From contig OZ287080.1 in assembly GCA_965645245.1 (NCBI GenBank), positions 1,984,001 through 2,025,899 of the forward strand: a DNA stretch of 41,899 bases, in the 5' to 3' direction. Position numbers and translations under genes: made by a program. The first letter of the stretch is position 1, and every line of letters begins with the position of its first letter. Origin of the DNA: Massalongia carnosa (taxonomy: Eukaryota). Of the stretch, positions 23,665-35,542 are shown piece by piece. Below the pieces are notes generated by a model, which was not told the DNA's origin, ran no database searches, and was given only the letters and a program-made list of their open reading frames with translations.

Positions 23665-24837
23665 TTAGTTGCCCATACGATCCAGCCGCGGTACCTCGAT
23701 GAGCTCTGTACCTTGGTTGGTAGGACCATAGATGAGAATCCTAGGTTTCATCGGTTCCAAGGCGCAACACTGTTCACGCAGTCCAAGAGCACCAAGCTGG
23801 CAACTAATAACTCTACTGGTTTGATCGAAGCATACATTGGCTGGAAGAGGCAGTGGCTGGATGCAGCAGATCCGGAATTCTACAACCCAGATCGCACCTT
23901 TGTGGACATTGCAAAGCAAATCACCTCACAGGACAGCGCGCTTCCTTATGATTAGATACAAGAGAACCACGAAGCCGAGGTGTTCCTGTGGAAGAAGTGC
24001 TGCCTAGATGGGTATTGCAGGACGAGGATGATCCTCAACCCGGATGGAAGCAAGGCTAAAGGGAACCCGAAGCGTACTGTATACTCCTCGGCTACCATGC
24101 GAGATACGATGAGCCAGACGCTGTTTGCTGCACCGCAGGGTGACGAGACCAAGGATGGGCTGATATATTCTCAGTTCTATATGCTGGCCAAGACTCTATT
24201 CGACTCTTCGAAAATGTACGTCTTTACTAACGACTCAGTGGAGAACCTAGCCCTGTACTCTGGATATGTGCGTTCTCTGCAACAGGAGGGCGGAGGTATC
24301 ACGTTCTCTAGGGGCGTGTGCGAGTTTGCCTATCTCCACAGCAAGAAGCGGGCTCATGCAAACCTCATGGACAGTCGCTGGAAGTCTTATGGAGTGAGGG
24401 AAGAACATCGGATATCCCTAATCATGATGGTGGAGATATATGAACAGTGGTGCCAGTGGGACCTCTACGACGCAGACGACATAGCAGACATCCCGTCTCC
24501 ACTGGCATATTACGTTGTACCTACAAGCGACTTTGTATGCCTCCTCCACGCCTAGATCAACAAATACTGCTTCCTGTTCGAGCATGTCCTTGCCCACACA
24601 ACTAAGACGTACTCCCTGCCAGAGATGATCATCATGGTTGTTGCGCTGCGGGGACTCCGCTTCTGCTACGGTGGAAATATGCTGGTGCGAGAGTCCCTAC
24701 TGTTTAAGGACCGGTGGAGAGTTGTCCAAGGAGGGAAGACCATCGTCAAGGAAGGACTCGGGATGAAGGAGAGTATAGAGCTATCCAGGTTAGGGTGGTT
24801 CAAGCCTAAGATCAACTGGGAGACGTGGCGTCTAACC

Positions 24838-25346
24838 TATATGCTTAATTGAATTGGGGGCCCCATTCAATAAAACTCTTTGTGATCAGATTTACTTCAG
24901 CGGCGTACTTGTCATCTGGGGGGGCCCCATTCAATTAATTTCTACCCCACCAATTCATTTACAAGAAGAGCCCAGATTTATTCCAGAAACTTGGAGCAGA
25001 TAGCCTCCTGCCAGGGTTGCTAGCACCCGCACCATGTGCTCATGGGATTTCGGGACCTGGTTTGAACTGAATACGGTGTTGATGCTGGATCGAATTTTCT
25101 CCAGTGCTCTTTGACTGGGGACCCTTATTCGTCCAGATCTTCGAGGTTCGATGGGCTGGCGAGGAATTTCCTCCACTTCATCGGAGTCACTCTCCCCCCC
25201 ATTCTCCTCGTCGGTGTTGATGCTGAGACGGATATTCTCTAGTTTTCTTTGACTGGGGACCCTTATTCGTCCAGATCTTCGAGGTTCGATGGGCTGGCGA
25301 GGAATGTCCTCCACATCATCGGAGTCACTCTCCCCCCATTCTCCTC
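24838..25346 (-). mobile_element. Unclassified TE remnant with a foldback end and a 138-bp tandem duplication
   Basis: Inverted repeats bound 24845-24938. A 46-aa unit containing EPRRSGRIR is repeated twice (25074-25346). Gene X breaks off here. Confidence 0.45.
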
Positions 25347-26121
25347 TACCTGTAGAAATCGCCCGTTGTGCGGCGTAATACGAAACGCGTAAGGTGTGAT
25401 TGGCTGATTTCCCCCCGCTTCGGCGTCGGCACGCACCGCTGCACCGTAAAACGTGCACCATAACACGAGAATCCCCGTCGCTGGCAACGCGACCTCCAAT
25501 CGCCCCACGAGGGAGCTGGGAAGCGACTAGGGCCTAGGGAGAGGATCATGAGCGCCCGTTTTGTCGATCTGCCGGAATGGCGGGTGCTGGTGTGCGAAGA
25601 GTGCGGCTTTGGCCTCCGTCCCGGTCGCGGCGTTTGGGTTCGGCACCTGAGGCAAGCACCGCATTGCTTGAAGGGCCCCGAGCTCCGGGCCTAGGTCGAG
25701 CTGTTCGAGAGCTACGACCTCTGCGCGCCGGAGCAGGAGCTCGCGCAGCTGCTGGCCCACGCGATCCCCGGATTACGGCTCCTTGACGGTTTCCAGTGCT
25801 TGACCTGCGCGGCTGGTCTTACCCAAAGCCTCCAAGCTATCGAACGGCACGTGTCAAAAGCTCACCAGCTCAAGCCTGCATGGCATAAGAAGAACCCCCT
25901 CTGGCGGTCGTGCAAACTCCAGACTTTCTTTGCCGAGAATCGCTTAGTTCGGTATTTTGTGGTAGAGGATGAGGGAAGAGCAGAGGCGCCAGGGAGCTCC
26001 GGATACAGGAGCGCGGATAGCTTGGGTTCAGGGGACGAAGACTTCTTTCAGCTGCTCGACCAGGACGCCGCTGTTGCAGAGGAGGATGCTAAGGCAGAGG
26101 CCAACATCGTTCATGGCTTCG

Positions 26122-26284
26122 TGTAGAAGTATGAGGTTATTCATTGTTGTTATATTAATGATTCTATGACTCTACTTCTAAGGTCTGAAATCCTCCTAGT
26201 CCAGGATGCGTGCCGCATACCGGAGTAGGTCTACTGTTACACGTGACCATAATAATGTCTAGCGCCATAGGTTGGTATCCAACA
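26122..26284. mobile_element. Solo LTR, 163 bp
   Basis: TG...CA with TSD CTTCG; removal restores ...HGFDGHRSAVVPW. Confidence 0.9.
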
Positions 26285-26912
26285 CTTCGATGGCCACCGA
26301 TCCGCTGTGGTGCCGTGGCTGAGACGGACGGGCATCGAGGAGCACACGCGGGGCTTAAAGAAGGACGAGATGCACGCCTCTTTTGCAGTACCGAAGGCTG
26401 CCGAGAGCGAGCCCGAGCTGTTCCTGATGCTAGAGGTGATGGACGAGATCTTTCTAGAGGCGAACAGCTGGTGCTTCGATGGCCCCGACTGCATGCTGAC
26501 CTGGCCACGCCAGCTGGCGTTGAGCCGCTTCCATACTGCCGCTGCCCCAGGGCAGAAGACGCGCGCGTTCGACCCGAAGAAGGAGCCTAATACGCTCAAG
26601 ACCAACTTCGGCTCCTGGAAGCAGTTCTTGACCTACAGCTACCGGGTGGCCTACCGGGGCGACCACTTCACCGCGGCCGACAGCGACCAGCGGACCCCCG
26701 AGAGCCATATCCAGCTCACGGGTGCTCAGGAGAATGCGTGGGAAGTGGCTTTCCAAAGTGCCGTCGAGCAAGACGGGCCTGCGCTGAGAAAGGCCATGTC
26801 GGTGCTCTCCATGGCGCTGATCTGCCACGAATTTGGAGGCAATCGGTACAGCTCCTCACTGCTCAGCTTCTGCGCCATGCTCAGCGTCAAGCCACACACC
26901 AAGACTTGGAAG

Positions 26913-27031
26913 TATTAAATAAACAGTTGACGGCATAATGTTGAAATTACTACGGAGGTGACTGCTTATAGCAGTCATGGCAGCCTGCAGGGCTGAGCTA
27001 GATCTAATGGGGCTAAGCGAGTATTCCAACA
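26913..27031 (-). mobile_element. Solo LTR, 119 bp, same family as the TRIM at 4171-5061
   Basis: Near-identical sequence; TSD GGAAG; removal restores ...KTWKEPGNY. Confidence 0.93.
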
Positions 27032-30000
27032 GGAAGGAGCCGGGCAATTACAGTAGCTGCTTGTCTGGCGTAATCTGGATTGTGCAGCTAATCATCTTCC
27101 ACGCCAGCGCCTGTCTGGAGAAGGCGGAGGTAGGTGATACACTCGAGCGCATTGAGCAGTATTGCGGGCAGTTCTTGAAGCAGGACACCGAGACTCCTAT
27201 GGGCGAGATCCTCGGCTGGCGCTTGCTGCTGTTTACTGTCTCGAAGGCGGTTGTTGGGCCGCACCAAGCGCAGTGGGATGTGGACGAGAAGGTCCTGACC
27301 TACCGAGACGTTGATTTGCATATAGATCACGTGCCGCAGCTCTTACTCTCCGAGTTCCAGCAAGCCCAGCACCTACTCTACGACGAGCTGATGTTCGGAA
27401 CCCAGAACATTCCGCGGATGCGTGCTTGGGCATTAAAGGACAACTTAGACGCCGATGCCTTTGGCTGGTTCTTTGGCCAGCACCGGGTGAACTTTGAGCT
27501 GGTAAAGCCACTGGCGAGGTCTTTGCTAACCGTTATCCAAGACTCGAAGCCGTTGCGGGACTCGTTCCTGGATGCCAACGCGGATGGCGCTAAGGTCTGG
27601 CGGGAGAAAGCGATTGAACGGTATGAGGCCGTGGCTAACGAGTTCCTGAAAAGGCTCTTAGTCTTAATCCACATGGGCTCTGGCCAGCCTCTGCGCGAGA
27701 GTGAACTGTTCTCCGTCACCTGGCGTAACACCCAGCGGCGGCAAAGCGTCTACCTCAAGCACGGGCTAGTCATGCTGCACACCACATACCACAAAGGTCA
27801 GCAGCAGACGGGCAAGTTTAAGGATAATATCCGGTTCTTGCCTGCACCTATTGGAGACCTCTTGCTGGACTACTTGGTAGTTGTAGTCCCGCTCCTCCAG
27901 GTCTTCCTCCGCCGGTCTGCCCCGCATGCCCTTCTCTATCCGTACTTGTGGTGGCAAGACGGCAAGGTCTGGGCTGACAACCGGCTCACGCGATGCATGG
28001 AGCAGGCGAGTAGTCGGGCCAGCGTCCCCCGGCTACCCATTGCCAACTGGCGGCAGATGACGGTCAATATCGTCAAAACTAAGTTTGCAGCTGACGTTGG
28101 GTGCTTTGAGGTTGACGACGGGGCTAACGACGAGGATGCCGAAGAGATAGAGGCGGACATTCGGATTATGACCAAGCAGCGGAACCATAGTACGCGGACT
28201 GTCAACCGGGCATATGCAAACCAACACAATGCTAACTTTGGGAACATGTGGGATGGCCTTATCCGCTGGAATCTGCGTGCTTCAACTCTGTGGAAGGACT
28301 TGTGGGGGCTTGACCAGCTGCTTGGACCTGCTGGGAAGAGGAAGCGGGATGGTGAAGACATTGGTGGTCCGCAAATGCTCAAGAAGATCGCCATGGGGGT
28401 CTACCGGCCACGGAAGAAGTGGTCAGCTGCGGCTCTGCTGAACAGTGCAAGAAAGCTGTACCTAGATAACACGCTGAAGTGGAAGTCAGCAGCGCAGAAG
28501 CGGGCTATGACTACTATTATGTCATGGACTGAACAGGTGGTAGTTATCATGGCTACTGGCGAAGGGAAGAGCCTGCTGTTCATGCTGCCTTGCATCCTCC
28601 CGGACGCTGGGGTGACGATCTTGGTCTTGCCACTCGTATCTTTACGAGGAGATCTCCTCCGCCGAGTTGGAGAATTGGGGATCTATTACTTGGTGTGGTC
28701 GCCTAGCGAGCAAAGAGATGCGCCTTTGGTGTTTGTCACAGTTGAAGCAGCATGTAGGGAACAGTTTCGGACTTACGCCCACAAGCTCGCGGCTACGCAA
28801 GACCTCGGGCGCATTGTATTGAACGAGGCTCACTTGACTATCACAGCGTCCGACTATCGCGAGGCTATGGTTGACCTCGCCCTGATCCGCAATGTCCGTA
28901 CGCAGTTTGTTTACTTAACAGCTACTCTACCACCGACAATACAAGCTAGATTTGAAGAGCAGAACAACTTGGTGAACCCCAAGGTGATTCGAGCATCGAC
29001 GAACCGGCGAAATCTGTTCTATATGGTACAGCGGGCCACTGGGCGAGGGATTCTGCTCGAAGAGGGCGCGCGGAGGGCAAGGGAGGCGTGGGAGAATAGC
29101 CAGCTCTTGGATCGGGCTCGAGATAAGATCATCTTATACGTTAGGACAAAGGAAGATGCTGCTACGCTGGCTGAGCTACTCTGCTGCTCCCAGTACACAG
29201 CTGATATAGGCACGGCTGAGCAGAAGGAGGAGCTGCTGAGAATGTGGCTTGCCTCCTCGGACCAGCCGTACATGGTGGCCACGTCTGCACTAAGCGCTGG
29301 CTTCGACTATGCCCACGTTTGCTTAGTTGTGCATGTCAAGGAGACGTCGTCTTTAGTCGACTTCGCCCCTGAGTCTGGTCGGGCCGGGCGGGATAGAAAG
29401 GAGGCGTACTCGCTAGTCCTCCTCTCACCTACATGGAATCCGCAAGCCGCTGAGAGTACCGCGGTCGAGAGAAGAGCGCTGCACCGCTACCTCCTCGGGC
29501 AGGATTGACTCCGGGCATGCTTGAGTGAGCAAGCACCTCGACTCGGAGCCGTATTGGCGACAGTGTCAGGCTGACGAGGAAGTTGTATGTGACGTATGCA
29601 GCGCCGGCCCAGCTCTCGCTCCGTCTTCCGCTCCGTCTCCCGAGCCGGCTCTTCAGTATACTGGCAGTGCAGCTATCCAGGAGAAGCGACGTCGAGCTGA
29701 GCTCGAGTTAAGCCGGTACCAGGAGGACCTGCTCGCAGTTCAAGGCACGTGTCTGCTCTGCCGGGCGTCCGACGATGCCTGGGACCACGCCTTCCCTACG
29801 TGCTGGCGTCGATTCGAGTTCTTTGAGACTCGCAATCGTGTTAAGAAAGCGAAGCAAGGAGGGCGGTGGATTACTCAGTACCACGCATGCTACTGGTGCT
29901 ATAATCCCCAGGCCGTTTGTCCGCGAGCGGACCCAAAGAGTAACTGCCAGAGCTGCCTCTACGCGGACATTGTCATGCCGCTCTGCTATGGCATCTTCCA

Positions 30001-30411
30001 CGGAGGCGGGGCCGAGCAGTGGCTAGAAGAGCGCTTTCAGCGGACGTTTACAGACGTCGATGAATTTCTTAAGTGGTGTGGTCAGGCAGCTAGCTTCGGC
30101 GGGGGTAAGGCAATCTGGGGAGTCTATGTAGCTGCGGCTGCCCTAATTCAATTTGAGTTATACTAGGCTAGGTGTAAGGTAAATGAGATGGTTCTATGTC
30201 ACGTGAGGCCCCTGAGTCAAAGTAAATTAAGAATCACCCTCTGAAAATTCTTTCCTCATTCACTTCTTCTCACTCGGCCTCATCCATCTCACTGACTCGT
30301 CGTCGACCCCACGTTGTCTCGGTGCCCCTACCTCGCTGTCAGTGCTTGCTGCTTTTCCAATCTCATTGACTCGTCGTCGACCTCACGTTGTCTCGGTGCC
30401 CCTACCTCCCA

Positions 30412-31425
30412 ATGACGAACACCCGTTCCCAAAGCACCTTGATGGACGACATAGTCCCCGACCCCCAGGAGATTGTCGGATTGACGCAGGCCCAATCCAA
30501 TCAAATCTTCGCCCTACAAAAGAAGAAAGCCGAGGCGGAAGCGAAGGCGGCCGAGGCTGAGGCTAGAATTGCCGAGTCCAAGGCATTGGTCGCCGAGAAG
30601 GAGGTGGAAAAAATGCAGCTAGAAATCGACTGCATGCGCCGAGAATCTGACGCCCGAATAGCGGCCGTCATTCCTGCTGGCAAGCCGAGTCGTGTCGTCG
30701 GCGATGACGACGAGGACCTAGGTGAGATCCCTCTCGAAGTAAGAAGCATAGCACCCCGTTTCGCGGGCCTACCACAGGACGAGATCATCAAGATCTTTTC
30801 AAATAAATTCAAAGCCATCAACCTCTCCCGCCTCCGACACATGCACGGCATGCAATACGAGTCATACAAGGATCAAGACCGCATCGGCATCGAAGACGGC
30901 GCCTTGAGGTTGAGAAAGGCATCCGGGACCTACAAAGATTTCGGAAAGACAGTTCATGACGTCTGGACCGAGAGCTTCATCAACTACACCTCGATCATGG
31001 TCAGTCTTTTCGGGAAATCGAGTCAACAGCTTCACGCCACCATGTCGGCATTCCACGGAAAAATCCTCACGCTGGCCAAGGTGTACGAGTGGCAGGAAGC
31101 AGTCCTCCCCCTCGCCATCGAAACCCACACCCACATCATCGCGTCTCAGCCATCCGACGCATCCCAATGGAAAATGCCCGACGAATTCCAAGCTCGATTC
31201 TGCACCCCCCTCACAATCCTACGCCGTCGCCGCTCACGATCCCCGCCGTCCCGACGACCGACCCCGAGAGGAGACAGGGCCGAGAGGGCCGAGAAGGCAG
31301 CGGGGGAAATCTGCGACAAGTACAACAGCGGCACCTGCACCTGGCCGTCGTGCTACCGACAGCACAAATGCAAATCGTGCGGCGCGGCTGGGCATGGCCA
31401 GAAGACATGCCCATCGAAGAAATAG
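30412..31425 (+). CDS. Gag-like ORF1 with C-terminal Cys/His zinc finger
   Basis: Coiled-coil N-terminus and ICDKYNSGTCTWPSCYRQHKCKSCGAAGHGQKTC. Start codon uncertain. Confidence 0.8.
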   Translation: MTNTRSQSTLMDDIVPDPQEIVGLTQAQSNQIFALQKKKAEAEAKAAEAEARIAESKALVAEKEVEKMQLEIDCMRRESDARIAAVIPAGKPSRVVGDDDEDLGEIPLEVRSIAPRFAGLPQDEIIKIFSNKFKAINLSRLRHMHGMQYESYKDQDRIGIEDGALRLRKASGTYKDFGKTVHDVWTESFINYTSIMVSLFGKSSQQLHATMSAFHGKILTLAKVYEWQEAVLPLAIETHTHIIASQPSDASQWKMPDEFQARFCTPLTILRRRRSRSPPSRRPTPRGDRAERAEKAAGEICDKYNSGTCTWPSCYRQHKCKSCGAAGHGQKTCPSKK

Positions 31426-31641
31426 GGGGTTGGTGCAGGAGGCAGTAGAATAGCTTCAATGGCTGAATTCATGACGTCCCATCCCTGCTTACCTGCACCA
31501 ATCAGACCAAATACAATCCCTTCGTTTCAACTCGTAGACGCATCTCGTCAGCGTTTGAAAGACAGCCCATCTCCCCTCGTACCGTCCACATGGGCAACCC
31601 TACTTCAAGAGTAACCGGACCCCCTCCGAGTCCATCTGCCC

Positions 31642-33173
31642 ATGATCCTTCGTTTCGGAGTAGAAATCGGATACGAAGGCCCCACAGACATCCTTCGGAT
31701 CGAAAAAAATCTGACATCAGCGAATGAGGACCCGGAAACGATCGAGAATAAGCTTCAAGAGGACCTCAGGAAGGGCCGAGTCAGACGAATAGCCGCCCCG
31801 AGTCAGCCATTTCTGGCCTCCCCCCTCGGCTTGGTCCCGAAACATGACGGAGGATGGCGACGCATTCATCATCTGTCTCATCCCAATCAAACATCAGTCA
31901 ACGACAACATTCCAGAAGAGGCATCCAAATTACAATACGCCAGACTCGACGACATTATTCAATTGAATCAGTCAGAGGCAAAGGTGCTGTCATAGTGAAA
32001 AGAGACGTCAAAGACGCCTTTCGAAACGTTCCCGTCGCACCTCATCATCAATGGCTTCTGGGTTTCGGATGGAATGACGAATTCTACACCGAGACATGCC
32101 TTTCGTTCGGACTGTCGACGGCCCCGTTCATCTTCAATCTTTTTGCGGAAGGCTTTCATTGGATTTTAGAATCCTTTCTACAATGGAGATTACATCACTA
32201 TCTTGACGACTTCGTTGCAATTTTCCCATCCGAGACATCGTCAGAACGATTGCACCAAGAAACAAAAGCCTACAACATTCTCACCGATATTCTCGGCATC
32301 CGGAGAAACGACTCAAAAGACGCCGAGGGAACGACAGCGACAGTCTTCGGACTCGAGGTCGACACCATCAACAGTCTTATTCGTCTGCATGCGAACAAGC
32401 TGGAAAAAGCGAGAATCATCACTACAAAGGCACTAAACGAGACGACAATCAGCCTCGGCGACATGCAGTCAATAGCGGGCTTCCTAAGCTTTTGCGCACA
32501 GGCAGTCAAATTGGGCCGAGTCTTCTTACGATTATTCTGGAATTTTATAGCCTCATTTCCCTCGGGCAGTCATCGTCGGGTCATAAGAAGAATTCCCACA
32601 TGGGTCAGACAGGATCTCATCTGGTGGAACAAACTTTTAGTGGACTTCAACGGTATTGTCTTCTTCGAGACGTCAACACGAGACACGATCAAGCTGCATA
32701 CGGATGCATGCCTCACGGGTCTCGGAGGCTATTTTCAACAAGACAACGAGCTCGTGAATCAAAAAAACGCATGTAGGGCCCGAGTCCTAGTCCTCAATCA
32801 GGAAGAATCACCGAGCATAAACGTACGAGAAGTCGAGGCTATCCTTCTTATCATTCAGAAATGGGCGCCGACATGGCGATATCGACAGATCCTGGTCTTT
32901 ACCGACAGCAATACAGCATACATAGGATTCACGAATCTAACCCTCAAGGGACCGGCCAACGCGCCTCTACGAAAAATACAGTCCATAGCTGCAAAGTGGG
33001 ACATCGTACTACGTTGTCAATGGATCAGTGGCACTTCCAATGGACTAGCACATGCCCTGTCACGTTTTGATGATGAAAGATTGGCTAACTTTTGCCCTCA
33101 TTGGCAGAACCCATACAATTCGATGAACCTCCCTCCACCTACCTATCCTCCACACCAGGGTCAGCCCTGGTAA
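31642..33173 (+). pseudogene. RT/RNase H of YR retrotransposon B (one frameshift near 31965)
   Basis: SPLGLVPK, DVKDAF, LSFGLSTAP, HYLDDF, HTDAC, FTDS, ALSR. Confidence 0.9.
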
Positions 33174-34100
33174 AACGCCTCGTCTGGCACGGACACGAGA
33201 AAAGGGTACGGGACGGCGATCGACTCATACGAGGAATTCTGCGCGACGACGGGACGCACGTCCTGGCCTGCAACAACCGAGTCCCTCGAGGAATGGCTAG
33301 CCGGTCGACTATACGGGGGCGGCACACCCAAGCAGGGAAAGATAAAACCAGAGACGGCAGCGAGCTACCTCGCCGGCCTCAGATCATACCATGTAGACCG
33401 AGGATACGGCCTCACCCCATTCGAGGGGCCGAGACTTCAATTGATGCTGAAAGGGGGAAAAAGTATCTTTTCTCAGACAAAAAGAAGACGCCTACCCATT
33501 TCAAAAGAATTACTGACAAAAATCACCAGTATTCCCGCTCATTCGGCCGAAGACCTCAATATCGACGCGACATTCAAAGTTGCATGGGCAGGGTTCCTCA
33601 GACTCGGGGAAATTACCTACACTGTCGCCGATCGGAAGAAGACATCTTTTCAGAGATTGAAACCTACACGAGGTGACATCTCATTCGCCGAGAACGATCA
33701 ATACGCGAAATTACGTCTCAAAAGAAGTAAAACAGACACAAATCACTCAGGAGTTCAGATAGTGCTGGCAGCGACCAATGAGAGCACTTGCCCCGTGACA
33801 GCACTACGGCGTCTTTTCAGAAATAATCCTCAGCCATCTACATCCCCGCTTTTTCGTCTCGGCACCGCATTCACAATAGCCTCCGTCATAGCATCTCTGA
33901 AAAAGAGACTGATAGCCGCCGGCATCAACGACTCGGCATACTCGGGATACAGCTTCAGAAAAGGAGCAGCACATCACGCCGCCGACCACGGGATGCTGGA
34001 TGAGAGTATTCAGAGACTCGGAAGATAGTCATCAATCGCGTTTCAGCTATACTTTCAGACGTCCCAGGCCTCACTATTCAATTTGAACCTCAGTTTTCAA
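33092..34100 (+). pseudogene. Tyrosine recombinase of YR retrotransposon B
   Basis: GFLRLGEI, KRSKTD, SGYSFRKGA (H replaced by Y), LGR*SS..FQLY; frameshift near 33200. Confidence 0.9.
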
Positions 34101-34708
34101 AAAGGCATCCCTCTGGCAGTCCCACGTGCTGTCGTCGCCGAGACGAATCCTACAAACTCCTCCTACCCCTACTCAATTGGGCATTCCATTGGGCGTACAG
34201 GTCAACTAGGTCATCGATGCGGAGCGCCGCCGGGCACCTCTATCTAGATCATCGCCGTCGGGCACTGCAGTCGGGCATCATCTATCGGATCGTTGAGCGT
34301 CAGCAGACGCCTCGGGCCTAGAAGATGAGGTTCTCACCTCAGCACCAACCCCGAGTCACGTGCCTAGGCCTGCCCGGGCTGACCTGTGTCGTTCCCATGC
34401 TCAATCAAATTCAAGCATTCAAATCAATTCATCCAATTAAAAGCCCCCCCCAGCGCAAGCGAAGGAAACGGCACCGATAAGGGTCATAGAACGGGAGTTT
34501 AGACTAGAGTTGAGTTAATTATAATTTCAAAATATAATGTATCGAATAGAGAAGGATTAATTATGAATAGGCAAATAGGCCTTAGGGTCGACGCCTACTC
34601 CCCAGCTTTCCTTCGCTTTTGCATTTGCCTTAACTAATATACGGGCGTGAGTAAGCCGAGGCACTGCCTACGACCCCCCCCTCGGCCGCTGACCCAATCC
34701 CTGGCGAG

Positions 34709-35072
34709 GTGCCCACGCCAGCCAGACCTAGGGTATTACATGATAGCCTAAATCCTACAAAGACTAATTCTCCTCTACCAGAGAAGACGGCTCTACAGCT
34801 AGCCAAGCAGGTTCAGAAATTTTATGGCTGTACACACGAGGAACATGCGGAGGCAGAAGGCAAGCACCAGACATATCACCGACGCCCCGATGTACATTTG
34901 GAGTATTTCTCTATTCCGGGGATCACCTCGATGCTTAGGGGGAGCCATGCCAGAGGAAGGCCACTGCCGGATATCCTCGGTAACAGCAACAGCCTTGGAT
35001 TTGCATGCCGAGGTGTCGACTGGTTTCCTAGAGTCTACCCTTTACTCAAACTTACGGCGGATATACATTTTG
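34709..35072 (+). pseudogene. Diverged, internally deleted paralog fragment of gene X
   Basis: CTHEEH...DVH...SIPGITS...PLPDIL and SLGFACRGVDW...LTADIHF align by eye to 18430-18900. Interrupted by hAT copy 2. Confidence 0.75.
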
Positions 35073-35542
35073 TACGCCGTGGAATGGGTTGGGTTCAGTT
35101 ATTAAAATCAGAACCCAACCCAATGGGTTTTTGGCTGGGTTGGGTTATCGTTGGGTTACCCAACAGAAAAAATCTGCGAGTGTAAATGATGACTACTAGC
35201 ATGACTACCACAAAACACGAATGCAACATTTATTAAATAAGTTAGGATTTTTAATTATTTGTTGATTTATTTTAATGACTATCACAAAGTAAAGTGTAGA
35301 TTGTAGATGAAACATTTTTTTCGTTGACGTCGAACAACCAAAAAGACTATTACAAATTCATATGTTATCTTCTATCTTCTATCGAAGTATGTCGCCCATT
35401 CATCGCTTCTTATTCAAAACTCGTAAAGAAAGTCTCTCGCTACCTCACTCTTTACTCTCCACCTTCTTGTCGCCCCCACCCTCCACCCCCTCTCCTCCAC
35501 CTCATCCTCTACCCTACACTTCTCCTCCTCCTCCTCCTCCTC
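35073..35542 (-). mobile_element. hAT transposon copy 2 (one terminus only)
   Basis: Starts TACGCCGTGGAATGGG and is collinear with 1150-1760; cut off by the Gypsy LTR. Confidence 0.9.

Larger units (their letters stand above)
17678..24837 (+). pseudogene. Uncharacterised fungal protein ('gene X'), split by a YR retrotransposon and truncated at the 3' end
   Basis: Reading frame ...KESANQQ (to 19247) resumes as LVAHTIQP at 23665. Motifs FDIDS, GLIYSQFY and SYGVREEHRIS; several internal stops. Confidence 0.65.
25548..30166 (+). pseudogene. Telomere-linked-helicase-like protein: DUF3505-like zinc N-terminus, putative tyrosine-recombinase domain, RecQ-like SF2 helicase, Cys-rich C-terminus
   Basis: N-terminal VLVCEEC...HL...H and LQTFF...RYFVV; ATGEGKS, NEAH, TATLP, VATSAL, ESGRAGRD, CDVC. 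Removing two solo LTRs restores the frame; stops at 25692 and 29506 and a frameshift near 29525 remain. Confidence 0.85.
30191..34492 (+). mobile_element. YR retrotransposon (DIRS/Ngaro order), copy B, nearly complete
   Basis: gag, RT/RNase H and YR in order. Boundaries are inferred from the short inverted termini GTTCTATGTC / GTCATAGAAC. Confidence 0.85.

Noticed and set aside
19248..23668. YR element A as a perfectly spliced GT-AG intron
   Set aside because: Splicing to the AG at 23667-23668 does not restore the gene X reading frame.
26977..27031. N-terminus MAACRAELDL... of the 843-aa ORF
   Set aside because: Derived from the solo LTR; the real frame starts upstream at 25548.
17400..35072. 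Classical Starship element
   Set aside because: No recognisable DUF3435 captain as first gene and no defined terminal repeats seen; cannot be supported from this window.
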